Assembly (NCBI GenBank): GCA_951406725.2
Contig: OX597816.1
Location: 51,150,001 to 51,214,000 of the forward strand
Length of the DNA stretch: 64,000 nucleotides
Reading direction: 5' to 3'
Source of the DNA: Octopus vulgaris
Taxonomy: Eukaryota
How positions within the stretch are numbered: the first letter of the stretch is position 1; each line of letters starts with the position of its first letter. Of this stretch, positions 13,101 to 25,699 are shown one piece after another. The translations under genes were made by a program, and so were the position numbers. The notes beneath the pieces were generated by a model, which was not told where the DNA came from, searched no databases, and was given only the letters and a program-made list of their open reading frames with translations.

Positions 13101-13656
13101 GTCACGTCACTTTCGAGTGCTACTGGTAACATGTAACCAAGTACAACCTGTTGCATGGTTGGGCCGTCGGCGACTAAACCGGCAACCCCACCAAGCTTGC
13201 TTGGTGAGGTGGGTGTTAATTGGACACCCTATGGGATGAAAAACAAAACCCATGAAAGGGCGGAGGAACTTTTGAATGTCAACGGCCAACCAATAAACGT
13301 CTTAAGGATGTATCATGCGCGGGGACATGGAACTAATCGGACTGAATACCCGATCCTGCGGTTAGACTATTGGGAGTGAAAGACTCCTAGCCTTTGTTAG
13401 TGTATACTTCTAGGAGAAGGTAACTCAGGTAACTGGGATAACTCCGACATAAAACCTGCGGCTCAGTAGTTACCGATGATGTTGATTTTTTTCTTCTTTT
13501 CGGATTAAGGCTGTTGTTGCTTAGTGAGTGGGATTGATTCAGTGCACAGCCTTTCCTCACTTTAAAAAAAATCTTCTTGCACAGGCATTGCACGATAACA
13601 ACATTGATTAAGATTCGTACAATGGCCATACTCGATAACGAGTAGGTAGCCATCAT
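13101..13656 (+). mobile_element. Short non-coding retroelement resembling an RTE-LINE 5' UTR, with (TATG)n tail
   Basis: GC-richer block containing CTAGGAGAAGGTAACTC...AAACC, recalled as an RTE 5'-UTR motif, ending in a (TATG)n run. Confidence 0.4.
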
Positions 13657-14569
13657 GTATGTATGTATGTATGTATGTATGTATGTATGTATGTATGTAT
13701 GTATGCATAAGGCGCCTTCGGAAAAGAACAACATATATTGCCATTCGACATTTCCGAAAGTTTTACTAATTGTATATATCCCAGGAATTCCGTTGTGCTT
13801 TTATTGTACTTCCAACAGTTTTTAGTTTCTTCCTGCTAATACAAATTCAGCTGTAGGAACAATGTGTGGATGTCGATCGTGAGCAGACATGTGCATTTGA
13901 TTGGAATTGTCTTAGTTCTGGAATGTTTGGGGAATTGAGTAGCTATCAGCTGGATTTCTCTTGATTATTCGTATGCGAGTTTTCCTTTTCTTGCTGTAGT
14001 GAAGTTGGTGGTGGTTTCTGTTCTTATCTACGTCCGATGTGGAATTTATTTTGTATGTTTTATTGTTTTTTTCTTCATTTTTTTCTTTTATTTTTCATTT
14101 TCTGTCTTTTGATAAGCAGTTATATTGTCGCAGGACTCCAATATGGATGTTGACAGGGGTACGTTATGTTGTGAATGTATTTCTGTTTGTGGACGTAAGA
14201 ATGCCAGTAATAAGAGCCAAGGAGAAAAAGAGTGATATTGCAGTGATCAGGTTAATTAAATCATTAATTTTCGCGAATCTGATTGCTACTGGGTTTTACA
14301 GACTGCTTCCCATTACTCCTTTAAAGGTTTCAGGTTTATTTTCTTTGTTTAATGCAAGGAGGTCTCAAGCCTCTGAAATTTCCATTTGATGCACAGCTTC
14401 AAAGGATGATGAAACGTACTACTTTTATAACAGGAAGGTGTTTTTGACTTCTACTTCTAGAATCAAGCACGAAATAATTTAGTGTTAGACTCTTTCGCCG
14501 GTGATGCTACAACATCCTGCTCACCTCTCTCTCTTCCCACCGCTCTCTGTCTCTCTCTCTCTCTCTCTG

Positions 14570-14619
<50 letters not shown>

Positions 14620-15302
14620 CCTCTATTTCTTTTCCTCCATCTTTCTCTATTCTTATATTCTCTCTTTTATTTTCTCAGGGAAAGAAACTTGTCTTCTTTG
14701 TCACGAATTAAATGGAATCACTACACTCCACCTCGAAGCTTACAGTATAATTTTCCCACCGGTGACAGAGTTTAATCCTAGAATGAATGTAAACTTCAAA
14801 GGTAATGAGGATTTGCAAATGGATGCGTAACACCAGGACTGAATCACTTCATTTGCTTCAATGGGGAAAGGAAGGACTGTGTCCTTCACAAAGCCCAGAC
14901 ATGTTGTCTTCTTCGCCTCAATCGCTCCTATAATGCTTTTTAAGATGCTGAAACTTGTCACGTGTAGAAACACCTGCCGGACATATCTTCCCTGAAGGAA
15001 AATTATTTATTGCTTTGAAAAAGCGATAATGAACATTCCATTATTCATTTTCATTTTGCTTTAATGTGTGCTTGTGTAATACTGTTACGTTGTTATTAAC
15101 AGCATTTCTACCCGGTACATTTATATCATATCCTAATGTATTAGTATATCCTTTCCGATCGTGGCTATTTATTTTTCAGTGTATTTACAGTAGCATTCGA
15201 GAGTACTTTGGCTGCTATTTCTAGTTTCTTCATTATCACGTATATAGGCACTAGTTTGGCTCGAATTATACGTATTCATTATTTGATAAATCTATCTATC
15301 AA

Positions 15303-15794
<492 letters not shown>

Positions 15795-16546
15795 TAGTTA
15801 GCTAAACGTCACTTAGCTGGCAGTAAGAAGACAATGCTTCCAATTTAAACTATTTGTGTATTTAAGTATTTGAGATGCTGAAATTGAAAGACGCTGAATG
15901 TGTTCGAAAACTATCAGCTTGATATCTGTCTACATTTCCAGGAAGACAAATGCAATATTAGGAGCTTTGTAATCAAGCAAACTATTGAAACTTAAGCTGT
16001 CTTTCCTAGCAAAACCTTTATACTAATATCTACAGATTGTTTTGCTAAAAGAAATCTTATTTTGTATTCGCGCATTCAGTATATACATTTTAATATATTT
16101 ATATTGATTTACTTGGTGTTTCCATGAACAACGTAACTAATCAACTTCCTTATTTCAGTATCTTTCTAAGTGATTTGAAGGGTGCATGGATCTTTATTTC
16201 AAGTAGGTGTTTGCAGTGAAATATTTTGGACACAAGTCACTCATATACAAAGATAAATGAGAATTTTCAGGGAATATATCATATTGAACGTAAGAATTGT
16301 TTCTAAGAATTTTATAATTTCACAGGTTGTGTATATCAATAAATATATGGGAGGAAAACAATATAGTTTTATCAAAAAGAGCCAAATAGATTGGTTATCT
16401 GACCGTGATGATTATTGTGAAATAGGTTCACCTTAAGATTAATTCTAAGCGGAAGAAGAAATTTCATTCCGTAAACAGAAATAGAACTACAACACAATTA
16501 ACTACTCCCGAGCGAAAACTTATATATATATATAGATATATATATA

Positions 16547-16913
16547 TCTTTATATATAAAAGAGAGGTTGTGTGATGTCTGTCTCCTACGATTTAGATTC
16601 CTAACTACTCCCACATTATAGTCGTGATTCATATCGAGCTCTTCTGGGTATTAGCGCGCGTCTACGATGAGTCTACGATTTTTAAAAAAACTTTACCATC
16701 AATTTTTCCCATTTTTAATGCATTTTTGGCATATATAAGGGAAGTAACTCTCTAAAAATTTATTATTAAATCTCAGAACGTTAAAATCGACAGTAACAGC
16801 CCCCCCCCCTTGTGGTTAGCCATATTGAGATGGCTATTATACATTACATCTCTAAAAATGCTTATATAGTTATTTCCCTTACAAACTCGAGCAACGCCGG
16901 GCGATACTGCTAG
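16547..16913 (+). mobile_element. Non-autonomous Helitron
   Basis: A|TCTTTATATATAAAAG 5' end; 3' CTCGAGCAACGCCGGGCGATACTG-CTAG|T; inserted between A and T. Confidence 0.75.
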
Positions 16914-16984
16914 TATATATATATATATAATATGATATATTTGCGAAGGGGTTGCAGTCATCTCAGCGAGCGAGACAAGCTACT

Positions 16985-17028
16985 CTGAACTGACGACGAG
17001 CAATAGACTCAGAAACGTATGTCTTCAG
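16985..17028 (+). ncRNA. Type I minimal hammerhead ribozyme
   Basis: CUGAA-CUGACGA-C-GAG-caauaga-CUC-A-GAAA-C-guau-G-UC/UUCAG. Helix I is CUGAA/UUCAG and the cleavage triplet is GUC; 10.1-11.1 is a C-A mismatch. Confidence 0.75.
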
Positions 17029-17987
17029 GTGCATAGTCCCAGCTAGCGGGGGTGATTGCCTCCCCTTTGCAAATATAAGGACACAGAAAATGTGTCAAAG
17101 CCGACAGGAGACGTCGAAGTTTCCTAGGGCTAAATGGCGGTGGTGTAATTCTCTTACGGCACTTTCACATTGAGTTGACGGTATACGACCACTATATTGA
17201 TATATATATATATATATATATACATACATACATAAATATATGTATGTATCTACACATATATGTATGTACGTATGCATGTATTGTGAAGGCAGTTAACAAA
17301 AACATGAAGAGGCAACAATGGAGAGACTATTGGCTTTACTTCACTGCTTAAAATATAGGCTTCACGATTCGGATGGTAGGCTTTCTTCGGAAGGAATATA
17401 TAGGAGTTATGGGAATGAAAAGTGAACAAGAACAAAGTTTATGCAAGAACAATAAACAGCAAAGAGTTTGTGGCTTATATGGAGAAGCTACGAGGGATGA
17501 AACAGTGTGCGCACATATAGGAGTGTATCCGTGTTTTCGAGATACGTATAAGGAGCCAAGACTTTGCGTGCATTTTTTGGATATATGTCTCCAAAGGTGT
17601 ACAAGTACCCAAGTATATTCGTGTCGATTAATAGAGATAAATACGTGATGTGTGCATATTTAATCGCAAACGGCAAGTGATGAAATACTGGTTGTCGCTG
17701 TCAGCAGGTACCTGTGCAAGGTAAAATGGAAGGCAAAAGTGTTTTAGTGATATGATACAAGTACTTATTGTGCCTATAACCTCTCCTCTTCCCAACCTGC
17801 TTTTTGTTAATGTCCCTGCAAATCTGTGTTCCTATAGATTATGTGCTTGGACAAAATTAAACGAAACGTTCTGGGTCGATTGACTTACCAAAATATATTT
17901 AATACGGTGTCCAGTCATTGTTGCATTCCAGAGACTGAGAAAAAGTAATGGATAAGAGATGTAGTTGTATAGTTTGACAGAGAGATA

Positions 17988-17999
17988 AGTAGATAGATG

Positions 18000-18061
<62 letters not shown>

Positions 18062-18180
18062 AAGATAGATACATAGATAGATAGATACATAGATAGATAG
18101 ATAGATACATACATACATACATACATACATACAAACATACATACATACATACATACATACATACATACACAGACAGACAT
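17988..18180. repeat. (AGAT)n/(ACAT)n tetranucleotide microsatellite
   Basis: Directly visible. Confidence 0.95.
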
Positions 18181-19055
18181 AAATGTCTACAGATACGTAT
18201 ATGTACATCTGTGAATAACTTGACTGTAAAAGAGCTGCCTTCAATATTATACTGTACAATAAACTTTTCTCTACTTGTTCTATTATTTATCGAGATAATA
18301 TAAGTGATTTTCCTGATTATAACCAGAGCGAAAAGAAAGATACATAATATATATAGAACAACGAAACAGTTACAATGACAGACAGACCAAGGAGACTTAA
18401 TGAAGCAGTAGAGAGCTACTATATATAGACGTTTGAAGATTAAACCTGGCATTAACGAAATTATATTGTGGGGAAAGCTGTAAATGGTAAATTATGCAGT
18501 GGGTCAGATGTATCGATAGGAAATAATCATTCACTTAAAGTAGTTCAGCATGTTTCTACGATTTCATCTGTGTGAATGAATAACACTAGTTAATGTTGCT
18601 ACTATTTAGGTTTCTGTGGTTATTGTTGGTATTGATGTGACTGAAGTTACTAATGCGTCAATTGCTACTTTTGGATGTATTGAGTTTTTCTTCGTGAAGT
18701 GGAAGATATTAAAAGCTGTGTTCGACTGAATTTATATACAACATTGTATAAAATGAGCGGCATCTTCAAATACATCAGAATACTTATTGTGTAAAATAGA
18801 TATAGAATTCTTGTTTTTGTTTCTACACCAACTCCCGATATTTCAATAGAAACTGCAGTTAAAAAAAATGTACTGTCGGCTCATACTATATTCCATTCAC
18901 TTGGGAAATGATCAAACACATACGAATGGATTGATTCTGTTTTAACATTTCAAGTTTCCTATAACCTTCCTTCTATACGATACGCATAATCTCTTCTAGA
19001 GTTGACCTCTAATTCACTCATCATCAATGCGGCATTTAATATACAATGATAGAAA

Positions 19056-19455
19056 GGCGGCGAGCTGGCAGAAACTTTAGCACGCCGGGCGAAATGCGTA
19101 ACCGTTTTTCGTCTGCCGCTACGTTCTGAGTTCAAATTCCGCCGAGGTCAATTTTGCCTTTCATCCTTTATAGGTCGATCAAATAAGTACCAGTTACGCA
19201 CTGGGATTGATCTAATCGAATTAATCTGTTTGTCTGTCCGTGTTTGTCCTCTCTGGGTTTAGCCCCTTGTGGGTAGTAAAGAAATAGGTATTTCATCTGC
19301 CTTTACGTTCTGAGTTTAAGTTCCACCGAGGTCGACCTTGCCTTTCATCCTTTAGGGGTCGATAAATTAAGTACCATTTGCTTAATGGGGTTGATATAAT
19401 TGGCTGGCTCACTCTCAAAAATTTTCGGATTTTGTGCCTAGAGCTGAAAAGAATA
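19056..19455 (+). mobile_element. SINE family A (dimeric form)
   Basis: GGCGGCGAGCTGGCAGAAACTTTAGC head; GCCTTTCATCCTTT core twice. Confidence 0.85.
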
Positions 19456-20554
19456 TATAATGATAGACTTAATGTATTCAATATTCATCCAATATGACTT
19501 TTATCGATGTGCTGTGAAATCTAGTGAAGAAATATGCAGAGCGGAAAAATCTGCGTTATTCAGCGCCATCACAATCGTCTGAGGCAGGCATAGTAACGTG
19601 GCTAACACATATCATGGTAGCACTTATATGCTACATTAATTTTGTATATAAATCTATATGTAACGGAAATAATACAGTAATATTGGTAAATATGTATGTG
19701 GGGTAAAAGGTTTTACTCTTATTTCAGCTCTTCGAGGTACACCATGCGTGATCCCTTGTGAGTAGGATGCTATTCAGTGTTTAGAAAATGCATGCGATGA
19801 AATCTACTATTCAGGTATATTATTGATATTTATTTAGTTAAAGGCGAAAACTTATACAAAGTCTCCTTTTTTCACGGCTTATTTTGCTTTCATATTTCAA
19901 AAATCATTAGTACAACAGTGTAAGAGTTCCCACCTCGGCAATTTATGTTCTGTTTTTACATGCCTATTTCGTAAACGAAATCAGTATTCATTTATTTATT
20001 GCATGGTTTATTGTTTACTTTATCTCGATTTTCTTTTCCCTGAATATTTCTTATCGAATTTGGAAATTTTCTACAGAATTAAGGAAAAAAACTTCTGTAA
20101 TTGATTTTAAAAGATTTCTGTTTCGTTTGCGTACTTACCAAATAGTTGCTATCACATTCATACAAATACAATATGAGCAATAATCAGCGATGAAGTATAG
20201 CATTCTGTCTCCTAGACATTAACTACTGCTAGATATAATGTATTAGATGAATCAAATCTGAAAGAGGTCATTAGTTGCTGGTTCAGCCTTGCCATTATTT
20301 TAAGTAGATGCCACATGCGCATGTTTTGGTATGAGTAAATCTAATGCACTTAAAATACATATGCATGAAACGAACTTAATGTTATGCTGTCCTAGGGTAA
20401 TTTTGCATACTTATACTATACATTTGTAAATGCTACCGAGAAATTGTGTTGTCGAGAAGAAACAAATAGTAGATGTGAAGATATACATGATAAATATATA
20501 TATGTGACTATATTCGAGATTTATTGATTCTGTATATTTAGGCAGCAGAAAAAG

Positions 20555-20995
20555 ACTTTGATGAACAGACTTATCACATCTAGACTCAACATTTGATTGG
20601 ATTCAATGGAGGTATCATTGATCAATTCTGTGAAGTTGGTGGAATTCCTCACAAATGATGTTGACTTTCCTGCTAATGGGCTGATTAAATCCACAAGGAA
20701 GCGGCTCAGTGGATGACATGCTGAACATCTACAGGTCACCATAGGTTATAATGGAATACCACCTTTGACAATCCTAGGAAGACCGTACATGTGTGGTAGT
20801 TTACTGTAATGTTGAGTCAGTTGTCTGACTTCATTGGTGTAAAGTGATCCTTGCTCTGTACAACTCCCTCTCTGTTTTCAGAGTTGGATCTTTCTTTACT
20901 TTGCTGTAGCTACCGTCACTTATAAGACTTGCCAATTTTTCCTAGTAGTCAGACTTGTTCATCACCACTGTAGCATTTCTCTTGTCCGCTGACAA
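20555..20995 (-). mobile_element. Penelope-like element reverse transcriptase fragment
   Basis: Minus-strand translation gives ADKRNATVVMNKSDY, PHMYGLPRIVKGGIPL*PMVT...SACHPLSRFLVDLISPLAGKSTSFVRNS and MLSLDVISLF, matching the PLE motifs ADKGN, YGLPKIHK-PLRPIV and SFDVxSLFT. Confidence 0.85.
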
Positions 20996-21735
20996 AGTGG
21001 TATCAAATGCATAGCAATTGTAATGGTGAATATTCAAATACTATCAACTCAGTATTACATTCACTGAACTATCGTTTCCTGACTGCGACACCTTGATAAG
21101 TTTTTAATTATTTTCGATAAAGGAAATAATATGCACAGGACTGAAACTTTGCCAGATCTTGCATTTTGTTCATTAGTTTTTTTTTTCTTCTGCGAAATAA
21201 CTTTGTAGGCGATTAACTGGATTAGGAATTATCATGTCCGTGCATACGTCGCCATAAGATATTTTCTTTGTTGCTATTACTAGTAATGTAATGACTACAG
21301 AAATGTGCTAGTTTACTAAAACTAACACGTAGTGTCAACCAAAGATTTCATTCCAACTAAACTATTGCGATTTTCAAACACTGAGAAAATAAACAGTATC
21401 GTGTCTTTGATTACAATAACAGTATCATTGTGGCGTAGTGGTGGTGTTGTCTTCACTCCTTAGTATTTTGTTGTGACGAAATATTCTGGGAGAAAAATAA
21501 ATCGAGGATATTTCTCTCGCTTACTTATCGCATATATTAATTTGCATAGAAATTGTTTAGTTGAATATATTAAAATATGAAAAATAGGTGAGTTGCAAGA
21601 CACCAGCTATTACTGATTGTAATACCATGTATTACACGTATTACTTTTATCTCAACAAATTGCTTACATTTTCGTATAAATCTAGTGAATTAGATATATA
21701 ATCAAATAAGTTGGCTGAGTAAAACTGTGTATGAA

Positions 21736-21830
21736 TTAACCATTACGCATTATGCCCGTGGGCATATGGCGTTGTGGTTAAGAGCGCGGGTTACTAACCC
21801 CAAAATTCCGTGTTCGATTCCAAGCAGTGG

Positions 21831-21871
<41 letters not shown>

Positions 21872-22087
21872 GTAATGATAATAATAATAGTAATAATAAT
21901 AATAATAATAACATCGAAAAATACCTTAGGAATGAGAACCCAGGTTCGAAATTTCCCCCAAGACACCCGATGAAGACTGGGGGGAACATCAGCCGAAACT
22001 TTGTTTAACAACAAACAAGATGAGGACAAATATCCGTCAAATGTAAATAATGTGTATTATTCCTGATCTCTTAAATATAGAACTGTA
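21736..22087 (+). mobile_element. tRNA-headed SINE-like element family D (Pol III head, (AAT)n, HHR motif)
   Basis: A box TGGCGTTGTGG, B box GTTCGATTCC, (AAT)n, HHR-like motif at 21963-22006, end TATAGAACTGTA. Homologous to both arms at 42457-43325. Confidence 0.8.
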
Positions 22088-22689
22088 GAACTAGTAACTG
22101 CTTCTGCAATTCAAAATTGTAATTGAGACAATTCCCTAGATTTCTTTCTTGTTAATCATTTAATTTAAATATTTCTTTACAAAGGTAATATTTTATTCAA
22201 GCATAAGTCAGACGTGTGGCTTCAGAGAATGACAATAGTAATCGATGTCGTTGAGGTGGAGAGTTCCCATTGTGACGGTCTCTGCAAGGAAGATATTTAT
22301 ATGACAAATACCGGCTTCTTGTAATAATGCTTCTTATAATCAATAGAGCCGTTAAAAATTAATTATTTCATCTTTATCTTGAGACCATTGATACCGATAC
22401 AGTATATCAACGTTTACATTTTTACAACAGGTACAAACACATTCAACACACTAGTTACGGAACTTCTCTTAAATTTATAGTTTACACAGTTTATAGAGAT
22501 AATTATAATTAGGCTGTGTGAAATATTTAAGAGATACTTCGTCCAATATACAGCAAGCTACTGGTGTCTGTGCCATTAGAGTTTGGTGACGGCAATCCCT
22601 CAAATTCGCTCCCTGCAAATCTTCGGTTTATCTCGGAGTATAAAAAGCCTAACATGTATGAATGCGTTTAATATTCCTTTCCCATATAA

Positions 22690-22890
22690 GCCCAAGTCTT
22701 GAATCTTTTTAAGGGTGCTATTCGATTACATCAACTCCAATGATCAACTGGTACTTACTTTTTCGACCCCCAAAAGGATGAAAGGTAAAATGAACCTCTG
22801 CGGAATTTGAACCCAGAAAGCAAAAGGCGAACGAAATGCCGCTTAGAAATTTTCTCAGCGTGCTAAGGATTTTAACAACTCGCTACTTTA
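22690..22890 (-). mobile_element. SINE family A (diverged)
   Basis: CTGGTACTTACTTTTTCGACCCCCAAAAGGATGAAAGG...GGAATTTGAAC. Confidence 0.7.
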
Positions 22891-23083
22891 AATGCCTTTT
22901 ATAATAAAGGGATATTTTGTTTCACTCGTCCAAGTGAAAATTCAGACCTCAAAAGATATATGTGTAGAAATATATACGTAACATTTTCTTTTCTTTTTTT
23001 TTTTTGCGTTTCACTACATTGTGATATCCTTCGAGCATTAAGAGGTAAATTTGCAAAATTGTCTCTCAAATTAAATCAAATAC

Positions 23084-23150
<67 letters not shown>

Positions 23151-24199
23151 CAAAAAATACGTATTTATAAACAAATACAAATTGTTTTAATAATATTCAA
23201 TTTATCTAAAAGAGAAGGTAAAACCGAAATATATTTTAATGTACTATAAAAATAATAATGATTTTTTTTTCTGGCTATATGTGAGGAGCAATTGATAAAA
23301 TATGAAGAAGACTTATGAAACATGACTTTAGGGGACAGACACAATTAAAAATAATTATTGTTAGATGAACAGCTGATGAAATATAAACTTAAAAATGCGA
23401 ATAGACGAGACTAATTATATTAAAATTGATAATTTCTCTAGTAGAAACTAGATAAGAAAACGATAGATATATGGCAGGCGCTTCTACGTACATCTAAGCT
23501 TAAGTAAAAAAAAAAGGAGTTATGTAAGCTCAACAATTTCTTGGAATGACTATAATGTTAACAGTGTTATGAAATTAAATTCACCAATTAATAAATATGC
23601 ATTGTTTAGATGATCGTCAATGTGGAAAAACGAATCAAACCATGGACTCGACTTAATCCAATTAATCATTGAAAGGTGGCTGAACAAACGGCATGACATT
23701 TAACGGGAGCTACGATACTGGTGACGGGAAGCTGGACACAAGAAGCCTTAATGCTTCGAAAAGAATCGTCTCCGCTTCAACCACATACGTGTCAATTAGG
23801 ATTTAGCGGGAATTACTAATACAATATCTGCTTTGTAAACAGCTAAATTAACGGCGATAGAACATATAAAAATGTCTCTGTCAACGACTCTTTCTATCCC
23901 CCAAAAGGTCAAAATTGCTTTCGATCACACAGGGGTCGATCAAATTGTAATATTAGTCAATGTCTAAGATCAGTTTAATCGTCATTATCCACCCAGTTGT
24001 TCCTAACTCTGAAGCAAATATACTTAATGAGAGTAGCAGTGGTTGTCCGACAGTAGTTCTACATATTCGAGTTTATCCAGTATGTATGAACGACTGCTTA
24101 ATAATTTGCACTGGAATTTTGCTTCATTTGTGGACAATATAAGCCCTTCAATGGAATCCACAAAAATACGTGACAATGTGACTGTGTTTGACATAAGGA

Positions 24200-24210
24200 T
24201 ATTATTATTA

Positions 24211-24251
<41 letters not shown>

Positions 24252-24254
24252 GTT

Positions 24255-24296
<42 letters not shown>

Positions 24297-24306
24297 ATTA
24301 TTGTTA

Positions 24307-24338
<32 letters not shown>

Positions 24339-24348
24339 GTTATTATTA
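24200..24348. repeat. (ATT)n/(GTT)n microsatellite
   Basis: Directly visible. Confidence 0.95.
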
Positions 24349-24349
24349 T

Positions 24350-24891
24350 GTTAAAAACTCACAGCTTCTTTTGCTGGGTATGATGGAAAGAATCAGCTGT
24401 CCACAGCCAAAAGACTGTGACCTTGGCTTACTGGTCACACTTCAAGACTGTGGGTATCCGGTCTACACTCCTCATTCAACCCATTTTACCACTTCAATTC
24501 GTCATATGTTTTCATATTGATATAGTTTCCCCACTAGCATCTAATGACCTAAGGTAACACCCCTTATTTTGCGAGCACCATCCGCAGTATTCGAGTGGTC
24601 CTAAGCAATGCTGTCTTCTGCAAGTCCTCCACCTTATTGCAGACCCTATTTGTTCCATGTACTTCCCAAGATTGTCACTCACTGTTCCCAAGACTCCTTC
24701 AATTATTGGTACCCCTAACACCTTTTTCATCGACCACAACTGCTTAACCTCCCAAACTAACATGCCATAACTATCAACATTACTTTTTCCTTATCACATA
24801 CCTTGTCAGCTGGATATGCTTCATCTATGATCCAGCATCGTTTGCTTTCTATCTCAATTAACACTATGTGAGGTTTCCTATTCGCTATCTC
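24350..24891 (-). mobile_element. R4/Dong-clade LINE 3' end (restriction-like endonuclease domain plus 3' UTR)
   Basis: EIANRKPHIVLIEIESKRCWIIDEAYP...WEVKQLWSMKKVLGVPIIEGVLGTV...LQKTALLRTTRILRMVL; flanked on both sides by (ATT)n. Confidence 0.8.
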
Positions 24892-24966
<75 letters not shown>

Positions 24967-24991
24967 CATTATTATTATTATTATCATTATT

Positions 24992-25690
24992 GTATGGGAG
25001 AGCAGTGCATACCATCAAAGTGACACTGGGGTGAAATATACGAAGCCCAGTATACCCATCATGACTACCCGTCTGGGACGGGTAAACCAGGCGCATGCAT
25101 CACAACTGTGCGTGCTCTACATGGTGATCTGATATCAAGATAAACAGTGCATAACCTTGTAGGTGTGGCCTGTTGGAATTTTATTCAGGTCGATTTGCCT
25201 AACCCGCTCAAAAGGTCCCTGAATAAGGTTTGTTTAAGGATGTTGAACAAGACACCCACGTTTCTAAAGGGGAATTATCCAAACCCTAAAGAATTCCTCT
25301 CAACACATGACTATGATGCTCCTCCCCTACTTCTCGTGACCAAGGAGGCACATATTGTCAGCCACTAAGTGACATGCTGAAGTGGTTCAGGTCAAGCAAC
25401 TGAAAGCAAATCTGTGGTATTGAGCAAAATATTTGTAGTAGACTGTCCTTTATACCAAGAGAAAGCAATGTACGTGATAACACTTGCAATCACTTACGAT
25501 TAGGAGGCATATGAGCCACTGCCTGTTACTGCAACCTGGCATGTGCCTTTGAGCAGAATATTTGCTACTGCCCATATTTTATACCAAGACACATCAATGT
25601 ACATGATTACACTTCCAATTAGTTACCATCAGAAATCGTGTGAGTCACTGCCTGGAACTGCATCAGAGCAACATTCCTGGGACTGCATAT
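24992..25690. repeat. Non-coding interspersed repeat with internal duplication (possible R4/Dong 5' UTR)
   Basis: 25172-25490 is repeated at 27000-27317; 25420-25535 is repeated at 25550-25675; flanked by ATT runs. Confidence 0.6.
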
Positions 25691-25699
25691 TGTAATTAT

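Noticed and set aside
13740-14470. Possible PLE N-terminal or GIY-YIG fragments on the minus strand
   Set aside because: Only 4-6-residue resemblances in different frames; not enough without a profile search.
18300-18700. Thr-rich stalk plus transmembrane-like peptide on the minus strand
   Set aside because: Multiple stops and frame changes, and no splice support.
21760-21832. Functional tRNA gene (also 32205-32280 and 42778-42850)
   Set aside because: No proper acceptor stem, and the sequence continues into a repeated SINE body.
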